DNA from: Spongospora subterranea f. sp. subterranea
Taxonomy: Eukaryota
Direction: 5' to 3'
DNA: 64,000 nucleotides
Assembly (NCBI GenBank): GCA_049724395.1
Contig: JAUGWO010000123.1
Location: 1 to 64,000, forward strand
Shown piece by piece: positions 1 through 10,175 of the stretch. The translations under genes and the position numbers were made by a program. Numbering within the stretch: the stretch's first letter is position 1; every line of letters begins with the position of its first letter. A model generated the notes under the pieces. It had not been told where the DNA came from. It made no database searches and saw only the letters and a list, made by a program, of their open reading frames with translations.

Positions 1-805
1 GCCTGGTGAATGAAAATGAGTTAAGTGCGGCATTTCGATCAATCTCGATTCCTATGCAAGTCTTAAGAGGTCCTAAATCAGACATCCGAAATTGTGCAGT
101 CAAAGCAGTCTTAATTTCATAAACCAGTTCTGGGTGACCAATAATGGGTAGGTCATCCACATAAACGCCAATAATCACGAACTTCCCCGCTGAATTCTTC
201 TTAAAATACAGACATGTTGTCGATTTTACTCTTAAACATGCGCATTTGTCAACAAGAAACGAGTCGAGAAGCTTGAACCATTCATAGGGAGCTTGTTTAA
301 GACCATAGAGCGAACGGAGAAGTTTGACAAACGGTGCCTTGGATTTGTATCCTTGGGGTGAGTTCATGTATATATCTTCAGAGATCGGGGCATTCAAAAA
401 AGCTGTGACAACATCCATATGTTCGGCAATAATATCCTTGTCTTGAATAGAAAGCGCCAGCATTAGCCGTAATATGTCAGTTCGCATTACAGGTGCATAC
501 GTATTGGAATAGTCTAATCCCTGTTTCTGTCGAAAACCTTGAATAACGAGGCGAGCTTTGTACCTTGATGATGTTCCATTGGAGTGATGCTTCAGTATCC
601 AGGAGGAATCGAGTGGAACGTCAGCAGTGCAAACTTCTTTGATTTTAAAGATCCACCGACATCCGATTGGTTTAGAGCCTCTTGGGAGTTCGGCAACATC
701 GCTCCATGTATTGTGATTCAAAAGGGAATTTAACTCGTCTTCTATGGCTAGAACCCAGAATGGTGAGTCCTTACTTTGCAACGCATCATTGTAGTTTACA
801 GGTGT
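1..805 (-). pseudogene. Ty1/Copia reverse transcriptase (RVT_2-type), partial
   Basis: Minus-strand translation gives KPIGCRWIFKIK, YKARLVIQGFRQKQGLDYSNTYAPV, MDVVTAFLNA, LLRSLYGLKQAP and IIGVYVDD (~153-176), all classic Copia RT motifs. Confidence 0.92.
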
Positions 806-1061
806 CACGAAACTTGTTGATAGTGCATTAACAATATGTGGGCCACGACGTCGGGTGTATTCATCGATAGCTGCTTGACCAACGTTATTTGCTGGTTCCC
901 ACGAATCAAACGATTTTTCGTATCCTTTCCATCGAATGAGATATTCGATTCCTTTTCGAGTTTCACGATCAGAAACGATACATTCGACCTCAAAGACGGA
1001 AGGATCATCCAATTCGGAATTGAAATTGGCATCTGAAGGATGTGACACCAAGTTGCTGTCG

Positions 1062-1230
1062 GAATGATAGTCCTCATCAAGGCCGTGTTCTGGTTCGTCA
1101 GGATCTGTCAAGGCATTATCAGGTAGTCGGTCGCCGAAGCTGCGTTTTGAATGATAGTCCTCATCAAGGCCGTATTCTGGTTCTTCAGGATCTGCCAAGG
1201 CATTATCAGGTAGTCGGTCGCCGAAGCTGC
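1062..1230. repeat. 87-bp tandem duplication in the IN-RT linker
   Basis: gaatgatagtcctcatcaaggccgt...gtcggtcgccgaagctgc starts at 1062 and again at 1149. The 87-nt period is a multiple of 3. Confidence 0.9.
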
Positions 1231-1231
1231 T

Positions 1232-2110
1232 TTCATTAAAGGTCACATTACGATGAACTGAAACCTGACCAGATTCTGGATCGTAGAGATTATAACCTTT
1301 TTGATGATCTGCATAACCGATAAAGATGTACCGTCTTGCCCGGGGGTCTAGTTTAGTACGTTTCGAAGAGGGAACTACTGCATAAGCATCACAGCCGAAA
1401 ACTCGTAGATAGCTCAAGTCTGGGCGTGATTGAGTAAGAATTTCATGTGGAGTGACGTCAGGTAAATTCGGATGCGGGCACAGGTTGTGCACATGAGTCG
1501 CTGTAAGAATGGCGGGACCCCAAAACTGCTTTGGAAGACGCGCATGAAGTAGCATCGCCCGAGCGGCATCCATCAGTGTTAAATGACCGCGTTCAGAGAC
1601 ACCATTTTGCTCAGATGAGTATTCAACTGTCGATTGCCATTCAATACCAGACCTCTTCCAAAAATGATGAAAACTCATGGTTCACGAACTCCTTCGCATT
1701 ATCCCCGAACAAAATTTTGATCTTGTGATTTGTACGATTCTCCAATCGCAGTTTTAAGAGACGAAATTTGTGAAATGCTTCGTTTTTTCGATGCAGCAAA
1801 TATGTAAATTTGGATTTGCTGCAATGTTCAGAGAAGGTGATAAAATATATCTCTCCAGATAAGGATGCCACTGGCAGTGGACCACATTCATCAACGTCTA
1901 GTCGCTCTAACAGTTGCCATTTGTGAGGTTTGGACTTGGCTGGGAAAGGTTGTTGCTTGGCTTTTCCCATTGCTCAAGCTTCACAAAAATTGGTTCGTTT
2001 TGCGACGGAACCAATGCAAGCAATACCATTGACAATATCACGTCGCATGAGTTTGCTGACATCACGATAATTACGATGACACAATCGCTGATGCCAAATC
2101 CTGGCACTAA
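1232..2110 (-). pseudogene. Copia GAG-pre-integrase, integrase core and C-terminal GKGY-like region
   Basis: IWHQRLCH...FCEA*AMGK (stop at the expected second Cys), DECGP, GDNAKEF, EQNGVSER, DLSYLRVFGCDAY, KLDPRARRYIFIGY...KGYNLYDP. One frameshift near 1645. Confidence 0.88.
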
Positions 2111-2687
2111 GATTTCGGTTGAGGTCCTCAGGAATAAATGGTGGTTTTGGTTTTGAGATGGGAAGATAATCAGGAATTGCAAGAGAATTTTCAGCATCAT
2201 CTCGAAACACAATAGATTTCTTAACCCAATCAATGACGGGATTGTGCATTCTGAGCCAAGGAATTCCGAGAATAATAGGAAACTGCGGTGAATCAATGAT
2301 GTTCAAAATGATGAGCTCCTTGTGCCCATTGATGGTCATAGTGACAGGGATTGTCTCATTAATGATAGGGGGAAGGGGTCGTCCATCCACGACTTGAACA
2401 TTGAGGGGCTGTAACTTGCGAACGAAAGGAATGCCGAGTCTTAGCATCGTGGATCGATCGGCAAAGACAGAGGTAGCGCAACTGTCGATGAAAGCTGAAG
2501 TCAATATTGGATTGTTATTTCCAATGTAAATTGTCGTGTCGAAAACGATGAAGTCTTCGTCAGAAGCAGGAACACTTCGGGCCATTATGGAAATATGAAG
2601 AGTTGAAAGGTTATCGGAGACGGAATTTTGTTGAAGTTTCAATGGTTTATTGTCCATCACAATGGGTTTGGGGACCGTCGATTTCAA
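2111..2687 (-). CDS. Ty3/Gypsy-type aspartic protease, in frame with the Copia GAG-pre-integrase
   Basis: ORF 1974..2687: FIDSCATSVFAD, VQVVDGRPL, IILGIPWLRMHNPVIDW. Colinear with the protease of the chromovirus at 10539..11684. Confidence 0.85.
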
Positions 2688-3479
2688 GCGCGCCCTGCGC
2701 CATTTTCCTGTTCGGACCTCGGCCGTGAGTTTCTGATCGAATAATGGTTGCTTGAGGATCGGGTTGCAATTCGATTGTCAATCTCATTGGTCTGTTGGAT
2801 AATTTCTTTTAGGCTTGTTGCCGTCGGAAATGTTAATAAAATGTCCTTAATTTGGTCGTTGAGACCTTTTTGATAGGTGAAGAGAGCAGCGGTGACATCC
2901 CATTTTGCATCTGCTAGTAATAGTTGGAACTGGGAAGCGTAGGCAGCGACCGAACGATTGCCTTGGCGAATGGAAGAGAGACGCAAAGCAGCTTTCTGGG
3001 ACCGTAATGGATCATCAAACCGTAGTTTGAGACTCTCCAGGAATAATTCAAAATTTTGCAAACAGGGGTCTTCTGATTCAAAAAGAGGCGACCACCAGTC
3101 CAGTGCAGACCCAACAAGCAAATTGCTTAACAGGCCCACACGGGACTCTTCGGTGAAGTATGTCACCGGTTTTTGCCGAATAATCAGTTTTACCTGATTG
3201 ATGAAGTTTCTGAGGGTGTGTGAAGATCCGTCAAAAGGTTCCGGCAGTTTAACCTTCGGTTCCTGAATGATGGAGGTGGGGAGATCGGGTGGAGAATTTT
3301 TCAAAAAGTTTGCTCTCTGGGAGGTTGGCCGGATTTTCTGACACGAACTGATCAAAGGTTCGTGTCAGGTCGTTTAAGGCTTCATGGATATGTGCAATTT
3401 CTATTGAAAGGGTTTGAACTCGTTGTGCAACATCAGAGATCGACTGCGATCTAGTTGACGGAGCGTCGTCGGCAACCAT
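2684..3479 (-). pseudogene. Ty3/Gypsy (retrotrans_gag/PEG10-like) capsid gag, frameshifted
   Basis: ORFs 3249..3479 and 2684..3355: EPKVKLPEPFDG, LVGSALDWW, IRQGNRSVAAYASQF, YQKGLNDQIKD. Confidence 0.85.
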
Positions 3480-3548
3480 GGGTTAAAAAAAAAATCAGGG
3501 ACGTGAGGCGACTATTGTGGCACACAACGTAATGATTAAGCAGGCTTA

Positions 3549-3570
3549 GAAGCGTGCTGGGCCCATAACC
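3549..3570 (-). promoter_or_regulatory. Primer-binding site complementary to the 5' half of initiator tRNA-Met (copia-type)
   Basis: The plus strand reads gaagcgtgctgggcccataacc, matching the D-arm/anticodon region of eukaryotic tRNAiMet. The minus strand reads GGTTATGGGCCCAG directly after the LTR, as in Drosophila copia. Confidence 0.9.
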
Positions 3571-3774
3571 AGTAAAAGCTGAGAACGAAGTGAGTGGGTT
3601 TATTGAAGACACACGAGCGAAGTTCAGTCCGTACGGAGGCCGTAAAGTATGTATAGGTTGATATATGAACCATGCTTTAACTTTCTCTTAGGACGTGGGG
3701 AGTTCGCTCCTCCTGCTCATCGACGGGCGCTGTGCGTCTTACGGTCGGCATCTTCTAATGGCTTATCTACAACA
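3571..3774 (-). repeat. Putative 5' LTR (~204 bp)
   Basis: Begins TGTTGTAG on the minus strand, contains AATAAA (~3600) and abuts the PBS. Ends ...TACT rather than CA. The partner LTR is outside the window, so the 3774 boundary is tentative. Confidence 0.6.
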
Positions 3775-3849
3775 AGAGTGTGGGACTCTTAATCTCTCAA
3801 ATGAGCAGTAGCTATAGTAGTAGGTATCCATTGAAGGTATATTAGAGAG

Positions 3850-4140
3850 TGATTCATCTCGCTTGTTGAAGGCGATGGATCCCTCATTGTCTTGAAATAA
3901 CACAGTTGGCGAGTCTTGTCGGAAACCAATTTCGGACATGACATTGCGTAACCATGTAGCCTCAGCACCTGCCAGAGAACATGCGATAGTCTCGGCTTCG
4001 CAAGAGGACAATGCTGTCGACGTTTGTTTCTTGACTTTGAAGGAAATGGGACACCCGTTGAGAAAAAAGATATACCCAGATGTTGATCTTCGTGTATCGA
4101 CATCGCCGGCCCAATCGGAATATCCTGTTAGTGTGAGCTT
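3850..4140 (-). pseudogene. Copia RNase H fragment from a separate element
   Basis: LTGYSDWAGDVDTRRSTSGYIF, KKQTSTALSSCEAE, TWLRNVMSEIG, LFQDNEGSI. Truncated at both ends. Confidence 0.85.
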
Positions 4141-4142
4141 GG

Positions 4143-5415
4143 ATGAATGACAGTGCCGTTGGAATAAAAGGCCATATTGAACGGTACCCTTCAGATATCG
4201 AAAAATACGTTTGGATCATGACAATGGGCCTGGCCAGGAGACATATCGTGACACTTCGCCAACGGCATAGGCTATGCTGGACGCATACTGGAGCAGCCAC
4301 ATTAAATGAGGACATCAGCTCGATAATCAATACGGCGCTGAATGAGGACGGGCGTCACGGCAGAGGTGGAGGGCACATGTTCGCGTGAGTCTGAAGCTGC
4401 TGGAAGGTTGATTCTGTTGGAGTGGATGTTGTACATGAAATCTGCTCAGTGAAATGGCTGGTGAACGCCAAAACCTTCGGACCTGGCTGACAAGGCTGCT
4501 CAAACGAATTAATTATGCGGACCAGGCAGGATCCATCTCTCAAAAGGTTCCATCAGATTGGATCTCTATCGCTCGTGCATCATCCGCTAAGATCTGCGCG
4601 GCTGCGAAAGACCTGCAATGTGAAAAGGTCTCCACACATGGATGAGATGTTCATACTGTATTACTCTGCGTCGGAGCGTGAACTTGTTCCGATAGGGAAC
4701 TTTTCGCCATGGGCATCTTGTTCCGGTTCAAAATGAGAAAATTTGAGTCACGTTGGGTGAGCCTCACTACTATCGTCGCAGATGCTACCAGCGTTCACCA
4801 TTGATAGTGGAGGTTTCGGATCAATAGCACCAATGGAAGCATTATGTCAGATGACAGTTCTGTTTAATCCGACGCATTGGATGAACAGTATACTTTTGTT
4901 CTCTACCTGAATGGCTGTTGAAGATGTTTCCTAGTCAGCGAACCCTTTTAATAGTAGATCGAGCAACGAACCTCACTACGGAAAGATCATAGATGATTGG
5001 CTTCGTTCTAACATTCATCTGCATCGCGGGGAAAAATCTTTATTGAATACGTTGGAGAGGGAATGAGTTCCATCCACCAAGTTTGCGACATTGCAATTAA
5101 CAAGTCCCTCAAGGCAAAAATCAGGGCCGAATGGTACAAGTTCAGAATGCTATCATCGGAGATCTGTCCGCGAAAGAGCTTGCGGGGGCAGCATTTTCAA
5201 TTCCACGAGAGAACTTAATCGGTATGATCATCAATAGCCTTTGACGACATAAATGCGAGAAACAGAACCCGGCGTTGGATAGCATACGCCTTTCGTATGT
5301 GGCCAAGATCCGTGGAGTGAGGACCAGAACGATATTTGAACGTCACCTGGAAAGCTCCAGGAGAACAGTATATAAGCATATGGCGGAATTGACCGCTCGG
5401 CTCAATTTGACATGA
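4143..5415 (+). pseudogene. Degenerate pogo-like (DDE_1) transposase, paralog of the element at 5628-8798
   Basis: SISQKVPSDW vs SISQTVPVDW, and VCDIAINKSLK vs VCDVCINKPLK. Many stops and frameshifts. Confidence 0.7.
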
Positions 5416-5627
5416 ATTTGATAAAAAAAAAATTGAAAACTGACACTATCTATCTCCGGTTTTAAGACTACGCAATTGCGCCACATTTAACTTTTTGACT
5501 ACAGAAGTTTGGCCTCCAACATGGAGCAAATTTCTGTGGTTTTATTACGTGGTCTACGGTACTAAAGAATTCTACGGACCACATATGGAGTAGATCGGTA
5601 TACACTGGTCAGGTGGATTAACATATA

Positions 5628-8600
5628 CCGTAGAACACAGAATATTGCGTCACACAGAATATTCCGTTTTTGACCCCGGATCACAGATATACTCGGTTTT
5701 TTAATCAATTTAAACACAAAATTTGCCGATTTTAGAAGAAATTCAACACACAATAACTCGTCTGTACCCAAGCACAGCTTCGCGGACATTTCGCAATCCT
5801 ACGGACTCCGTGTCGTCTTGAATTTGATCAGGTACCTCGTCGCATATGTCGGAATTTGAACAATTCAGAACCAATGGGTTTACCCATGGTGGAGCGGTAT
5901 TCCGTGTTCCAGGTGATGCCAGCAGCGTGCAGAACAATTGCTTGTTCGATTCAGTTCTTGCCTCCGGTCTGGTGCCAGTGCAGCCCTTCTGAATTCCGAG
6001 CAATTGTGATAAAACGCCATTTAGCAGGTCAGCCAGGTCGCGAGACTGCCAACAAACTCTATCCGCTGTTCGCTCTTGGAACAGAAACAATCGACGATTA
6101 TCTAAAAACGATGCTTAATACTCCAAGAATGGGGTCAGATTTCGAAATGGTGCTCATTGCGGTTCAGTTCGGCATCAATGTCGTGTCTTTTTCGAACGCA
6201 TTGAGTGGTATTCACGTTTTCGATGCGGTCGATTTCATTATAAACAAGACCGCTGGGTGTCAAAGTTTGATTCAGCAGTTGCCTCCGAACCCCGAGACTG
6301 CTTTTGTATACCACCACCAATACCGACGACCTTTGACGCCTCGGCCAAACGCGTCCCTCAACCATTTTTGCCCGTTAATGTTGACTGCATCGTTTTTTTC
6401 ATCATCTCAAACTCGTTCTTACGTCAATTGACACGACGTTGGATGAGCGCGAGCAAACACGCAAGAGATCTTTTCCCCAGCAAAATTCCAACCAACCGAC
6501 GAAAAAGGTCACAGTCGAACCAGTTGCGTCCAGTACTAAAACTCTTGTTCAAACAAAGTTCGCCTGGAATATTAAACCGTTCCAAAAAACGCGTCAACAG
6601 TCTAACAAGCCACAAACTCGTGACAAAAAACCGAGGCAATTTGCGGAGGCGAACGTCCAGTCGATGCGTGAATGGTGTTGCGACCATTCCGCAAATCCGC
6701 AGGAGAAGCAACGATTGAATAAGATGATCGATGTCGGAAAAGTACGAGATTCTCATAGACTAAGTGTACTAGAAGCGCTTGGTATTTTTGAAGACTCTGT
6801 TGAACTGCACACTGTCATTGGTATTGTTGAAGGAATTGTGTTAAAATGCGAGTCGAATGCTGGAATCGACGATCATTCTGATACGTCTGAACTGTGTCGG
6901 CAGTCTGCAATCATCGTTGTGAAGCGGAGATCACGAGAATGGACGTGGGAGCACCGGGCTATGTCGGTCTTCTTCTATCATCATCCTGGACTTGGCAACG
7001 CAAACTTGTCGGTGTCTGCGCGGGCGCTCGGCCTGAACCCCAGCACACTTAAGAATTGGATCTACTCAAAAGGCGCTTTCGCCCAAGTGGGTGCCATTCT
7101 TTTCTTCGTTGCAGGCCCCGGCCGTTGTGCGATCAGTGGTTCTCAAACACTTCTCTAAGTTTTATACTGACGTTACCGATGTCATTCCAAAATCTGTGCT
7201 GTCGGGAATAGAGGGATTGTCAAGAGCCCTATTGTCACAGTTGAAGTTTGGTTTCAACGGTGAAACCATACAAAAGATGGTTGCGGACGCGCGGAGCGGC
7301 GAAGTCAAGTTCATGCGCCGCGATGCCTCTCGAGTAGGGGTCAATGGAAAACTCGGGCGCATGCCCAAGTTTCCAATGGAAGAGCAGTTCGTCGACACAT
7401 TCATCAGGGAGCGATGGAACAACGGCAATCCCTGTACTTTTGAACACGTCTTTAATGCTGTTCGGGCGCATTTTATCGGCTCGCTAGTATCGCCGGAGTT
7501 CAAGAAAGTGATCGCCAAGTCCAATAACCTCCGTATGTTTCTAACGCGCGCATTGATTCGATATCGGTGGTCGAATCGCAAAATGTCGATATCGCAAACT
7601 GTGCCGGTTGACTGGAAAACGCGTGCGGAGATTGACGCGGAGCGAATTTGCGAACTCTTCCGAAGAAAAAAAGTTCAAGTCGAGATAGCTGCAGACGAGA
7701 CGTTCCTGCAGTTTCATGCATCAAAAGATCGCTGCATCGCACCTGTTGGTGTCAAGCGCACAGGAACGGTCAATCCTTCTGAGAACGAGAAAGTCGGCTT
7801 CACTGTTGTTGTCGCTGCGGAGCGGCGATCTTCCCAATTGCTGCCTCCTTTCGGGATCATGCTGGCAAATTTGGTGGAGATTTATTTCATGAGTGGAAGA
7901 AGTACAAGCAGTCGGTGCTTACTTTTAACAGCACCCACTGGATGACCCAGTTAACCGCCGTGATGTTTCTTACTTTCATTGTGGAGCTTTTTCCAGGAAA
8001 AACGATCGGGATTGTGTGGGATCGATCTCACACCCATTTCGGCGATGTTGTTGACAACTGGGTTTTGCAGTACAATATGCAGCACCCTTCCGCGCAACTG
8101 ATTATCGCCTTCATCGAGGCGGGTATGACATCCGTCATGCAAGTTTGCGACGTCTGTATCAATAAGCCACTCAAGCAGTATATTCGCAACGCTTATGGCG
8201 AATATCGCGATCAGCGTCTTGCAGGCGAGATAGGACCGAAATTGCAGCCCGGCGAAAAATTTAAAGTTCCACGAGAAATCGTGTGGGGCTTTGTTGAACA
8301 TGCCTTTCAACAGGTTAATCAATCCAATGACACTTCTCGTTGGATTGCTGATGGGTTCCGCAAATGTGGACAAGATCCTTTCTGGTTGGATCGAAGCGCA
8401 TTCAAAAATCATCTAGATTCATTAAGCGAAAATTCTATCTATGCAAAGATGGAAGCTGCCGCCAAGACGATGAACCTTCAATAGGCAAGATGACCTGCTA
8501 AATGCTACTTCCTTCACTGAACTCCTCCCCCGATTGCACCCTTAACTAAAAGATATACTGTACGATTTCGATTTTTCCTACTTGTCAATCCCTCCCCCAG

Positions 8601-8798
8601 AATGAATGAGAAAAAATCGACAAAACACAGAATTCACAACTTTTTCAACCCCCCCCCCCAGAATGAATGAGATAAAACACAGAATGCACGGTTTTTTCGA
8701 TAGTAAGACACAATATTCCCAACTTTTGAAAACCGAAGACACAAAATAAGGGCATCGGTTTTTTCGATTTTCATGACGCAATATTCTGTGTTCTACGG
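5628..8798 (+). mobile_element. pogo-like Tc1/mariner DNA transposon encoding an OTU-like domain and a DDE_1 transposase (frameshifted)
   Basis: Perfect 25-bp TIRs (ccgtagaacacagaatattgcgtca at 5628-5652; reverse complement at 8774-8798), TA on both sides. Transposase motifs AADETF, VWDRSHTH and MQVCDVCINKPLK. Coding region ~5846-8484. Confidence 0.9.
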
Positions 8799-9246
8799 TA
8801 CAGTAAATTTCAAAAATGTTCTCTTACATACAAACTTTGGACTCTATCGGCGCAGCCGCTATTTAAGTTAAAAACACAATCGAGGTGTCATATTGTTCAG
8901 AAGGCAAAAAGCTATCGATTAACACCTTCTAAACAGATTTATTGAGCTAGCTGAAGTCCGCAATAGACATGCCCGTGGCTCCCATACAAAAGTGTGGTGT
9001 TAAGATGTCCGGTACTGTACATATAAAGATAAAGATAATAGTCCGCGGTTTGACGGCAGGACCATGACTGAAGCAAAGGCCGCGTCACTGGAAGAGATGC
9101 GTCACGGACTGCGGAACCTGCGAGAGAGGTCTGCCGGAAGAGAAGGAAGAATAATACGCAATTGATTGATTGACAAAAGCGATAGAAGTCTGAACTCAAC
9201 TTACACGCCACAAAGAATTCTTTAGTAGCAATAACAATTCAACAAA

Positions 9247-10012
9247 ATGATGCAAACTAAGGAAGCCGTCATCATGCTAGAAGAGGAAACTCTGTCCGAG
9301 CAAACAATTGGGAGAGAAGAAGCCCCCAAGAAAATGCCCACGGTAACGTTTGAAGTAAATAAGGCGCCCAGGCTTGAAGGTTTCGATCGGGAAGAGATCC
9401 TGAATTTTATGACGAAATATAAGGTCTATGTGGGCGTATTTAAAGAAGGCGGCGCCGATGGCATGGAACCCCGTCCGTTGAAGTCGATGATCAAGCTGAG
9501 CTTGTTGAAAGCCATCTGTAGATACGAGCTGAAGGCTCATGAATATGTACTCACAGACAAGGACCTATACGACTGGCTGAAGGACCAGTTGGAGAAGGAC
9601 AAAGACGGAGCCGACATGTCCAAAGAAATAGAGACTGGCCATGAAGACAGAAGGAACACCGTTAGGGAGAGTCATGTCATTAACGGGTGACTTCATGGAG
9701 ATCGTGATAACGCACGGATGGGAGAACTCTTTGAAGGCAAGGAAGGCCAGAAGCTCGAAGTCAAGTTTCTGCTGGAAGCGGTGCGACCTTTCAAACTGAG
9801 GGAGAAAATGAAGAAACTCATGAGCACCGAGAAGGCGGGCTTGCACAGAAGTCCAGACTTATTCTTAGCATTGCTAAAGGAGAAGGTCAGAAGTCATCAG
9901 GAGTGGGAGGACTCGGAGGAGCGCCCCTCTAAAAATGCAACGGTCTGAGCCCAACCCTAAGAAGCATGGGAAGGATACTCGGAACCGTTTGGAGCCGCGA
10001 GAAGCGCGAGCT
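9247..10012 (+). pseudogene. Gypsy gag fragment (host element, 5' part)
   Basis: APRLEGFDREEILNF...PRPLKSMIKLSLLKAICRYEL resembles the gag of ORF 41226..45893 (IIKAFDPKAIAVF...PVSLKSSFDLSKLKAISKYVL). Interrupted at 10013. Confidence 0.7.
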
Positions 10013-10175
10013 TGTTAGGAACACTCCCATATATTCCTAACATTCGCGGCTTCCCCGCAGTTCCGCCGCAGTTTTCCGACAAGAATGACCTCTGCCTGGT
10101 CATCCTTGTCAACTCCTTGCATAGTCTGTATTAATACACTTCGGTTTATTTCAACGGATCTGGTTCCTCCTAACA
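10013..10175 (+). repeat. 5' LTR
   Basis: TGTTAGGA...TCCTAACA, with 4 mismatches to 14052-14214. Confidence 0.95.

Larger units (their letters stand above)
1..3774 (-). mobile_element. Chimeric LTR retrotransposon: Copia-type PBS and IN-RT with Ty3/Gypsy-type gag-protease; runs off the left edge
   Basis: Minus-strand order: LTR (3774-3571), PBS GGTTATGGGCCCAG, Gypsy-like gag (EPKVKLPEPFDG), Gypsy-like protease (IILGIPWLRMHNPVIDW), Copia GAG-pre-integrase (IWHQRLCH), integrase, then RT with YVDD. A few stops and frameshifts. Confidence 0.85.

Noticed and set aside
3549..3570. tRNA-Met gene
   Set aside because: Only 22 nt match and no cloverleaf forms; its position next to an LTR identifies it as a PBS.
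3850..4140. RNase H belonging to the chimeric element, or a tandem copy sharing the LTR
   Set aside because: It lies upstream of the 5' LTR, is truncated, and no PPT precedes the LTR. Treated as a separate fragment.
8998..9205. Possible 5' LTR of the host Gypsy (TGTTAAG...CTTACA)
   Set aside because: No second copy or clear PBS in the window.
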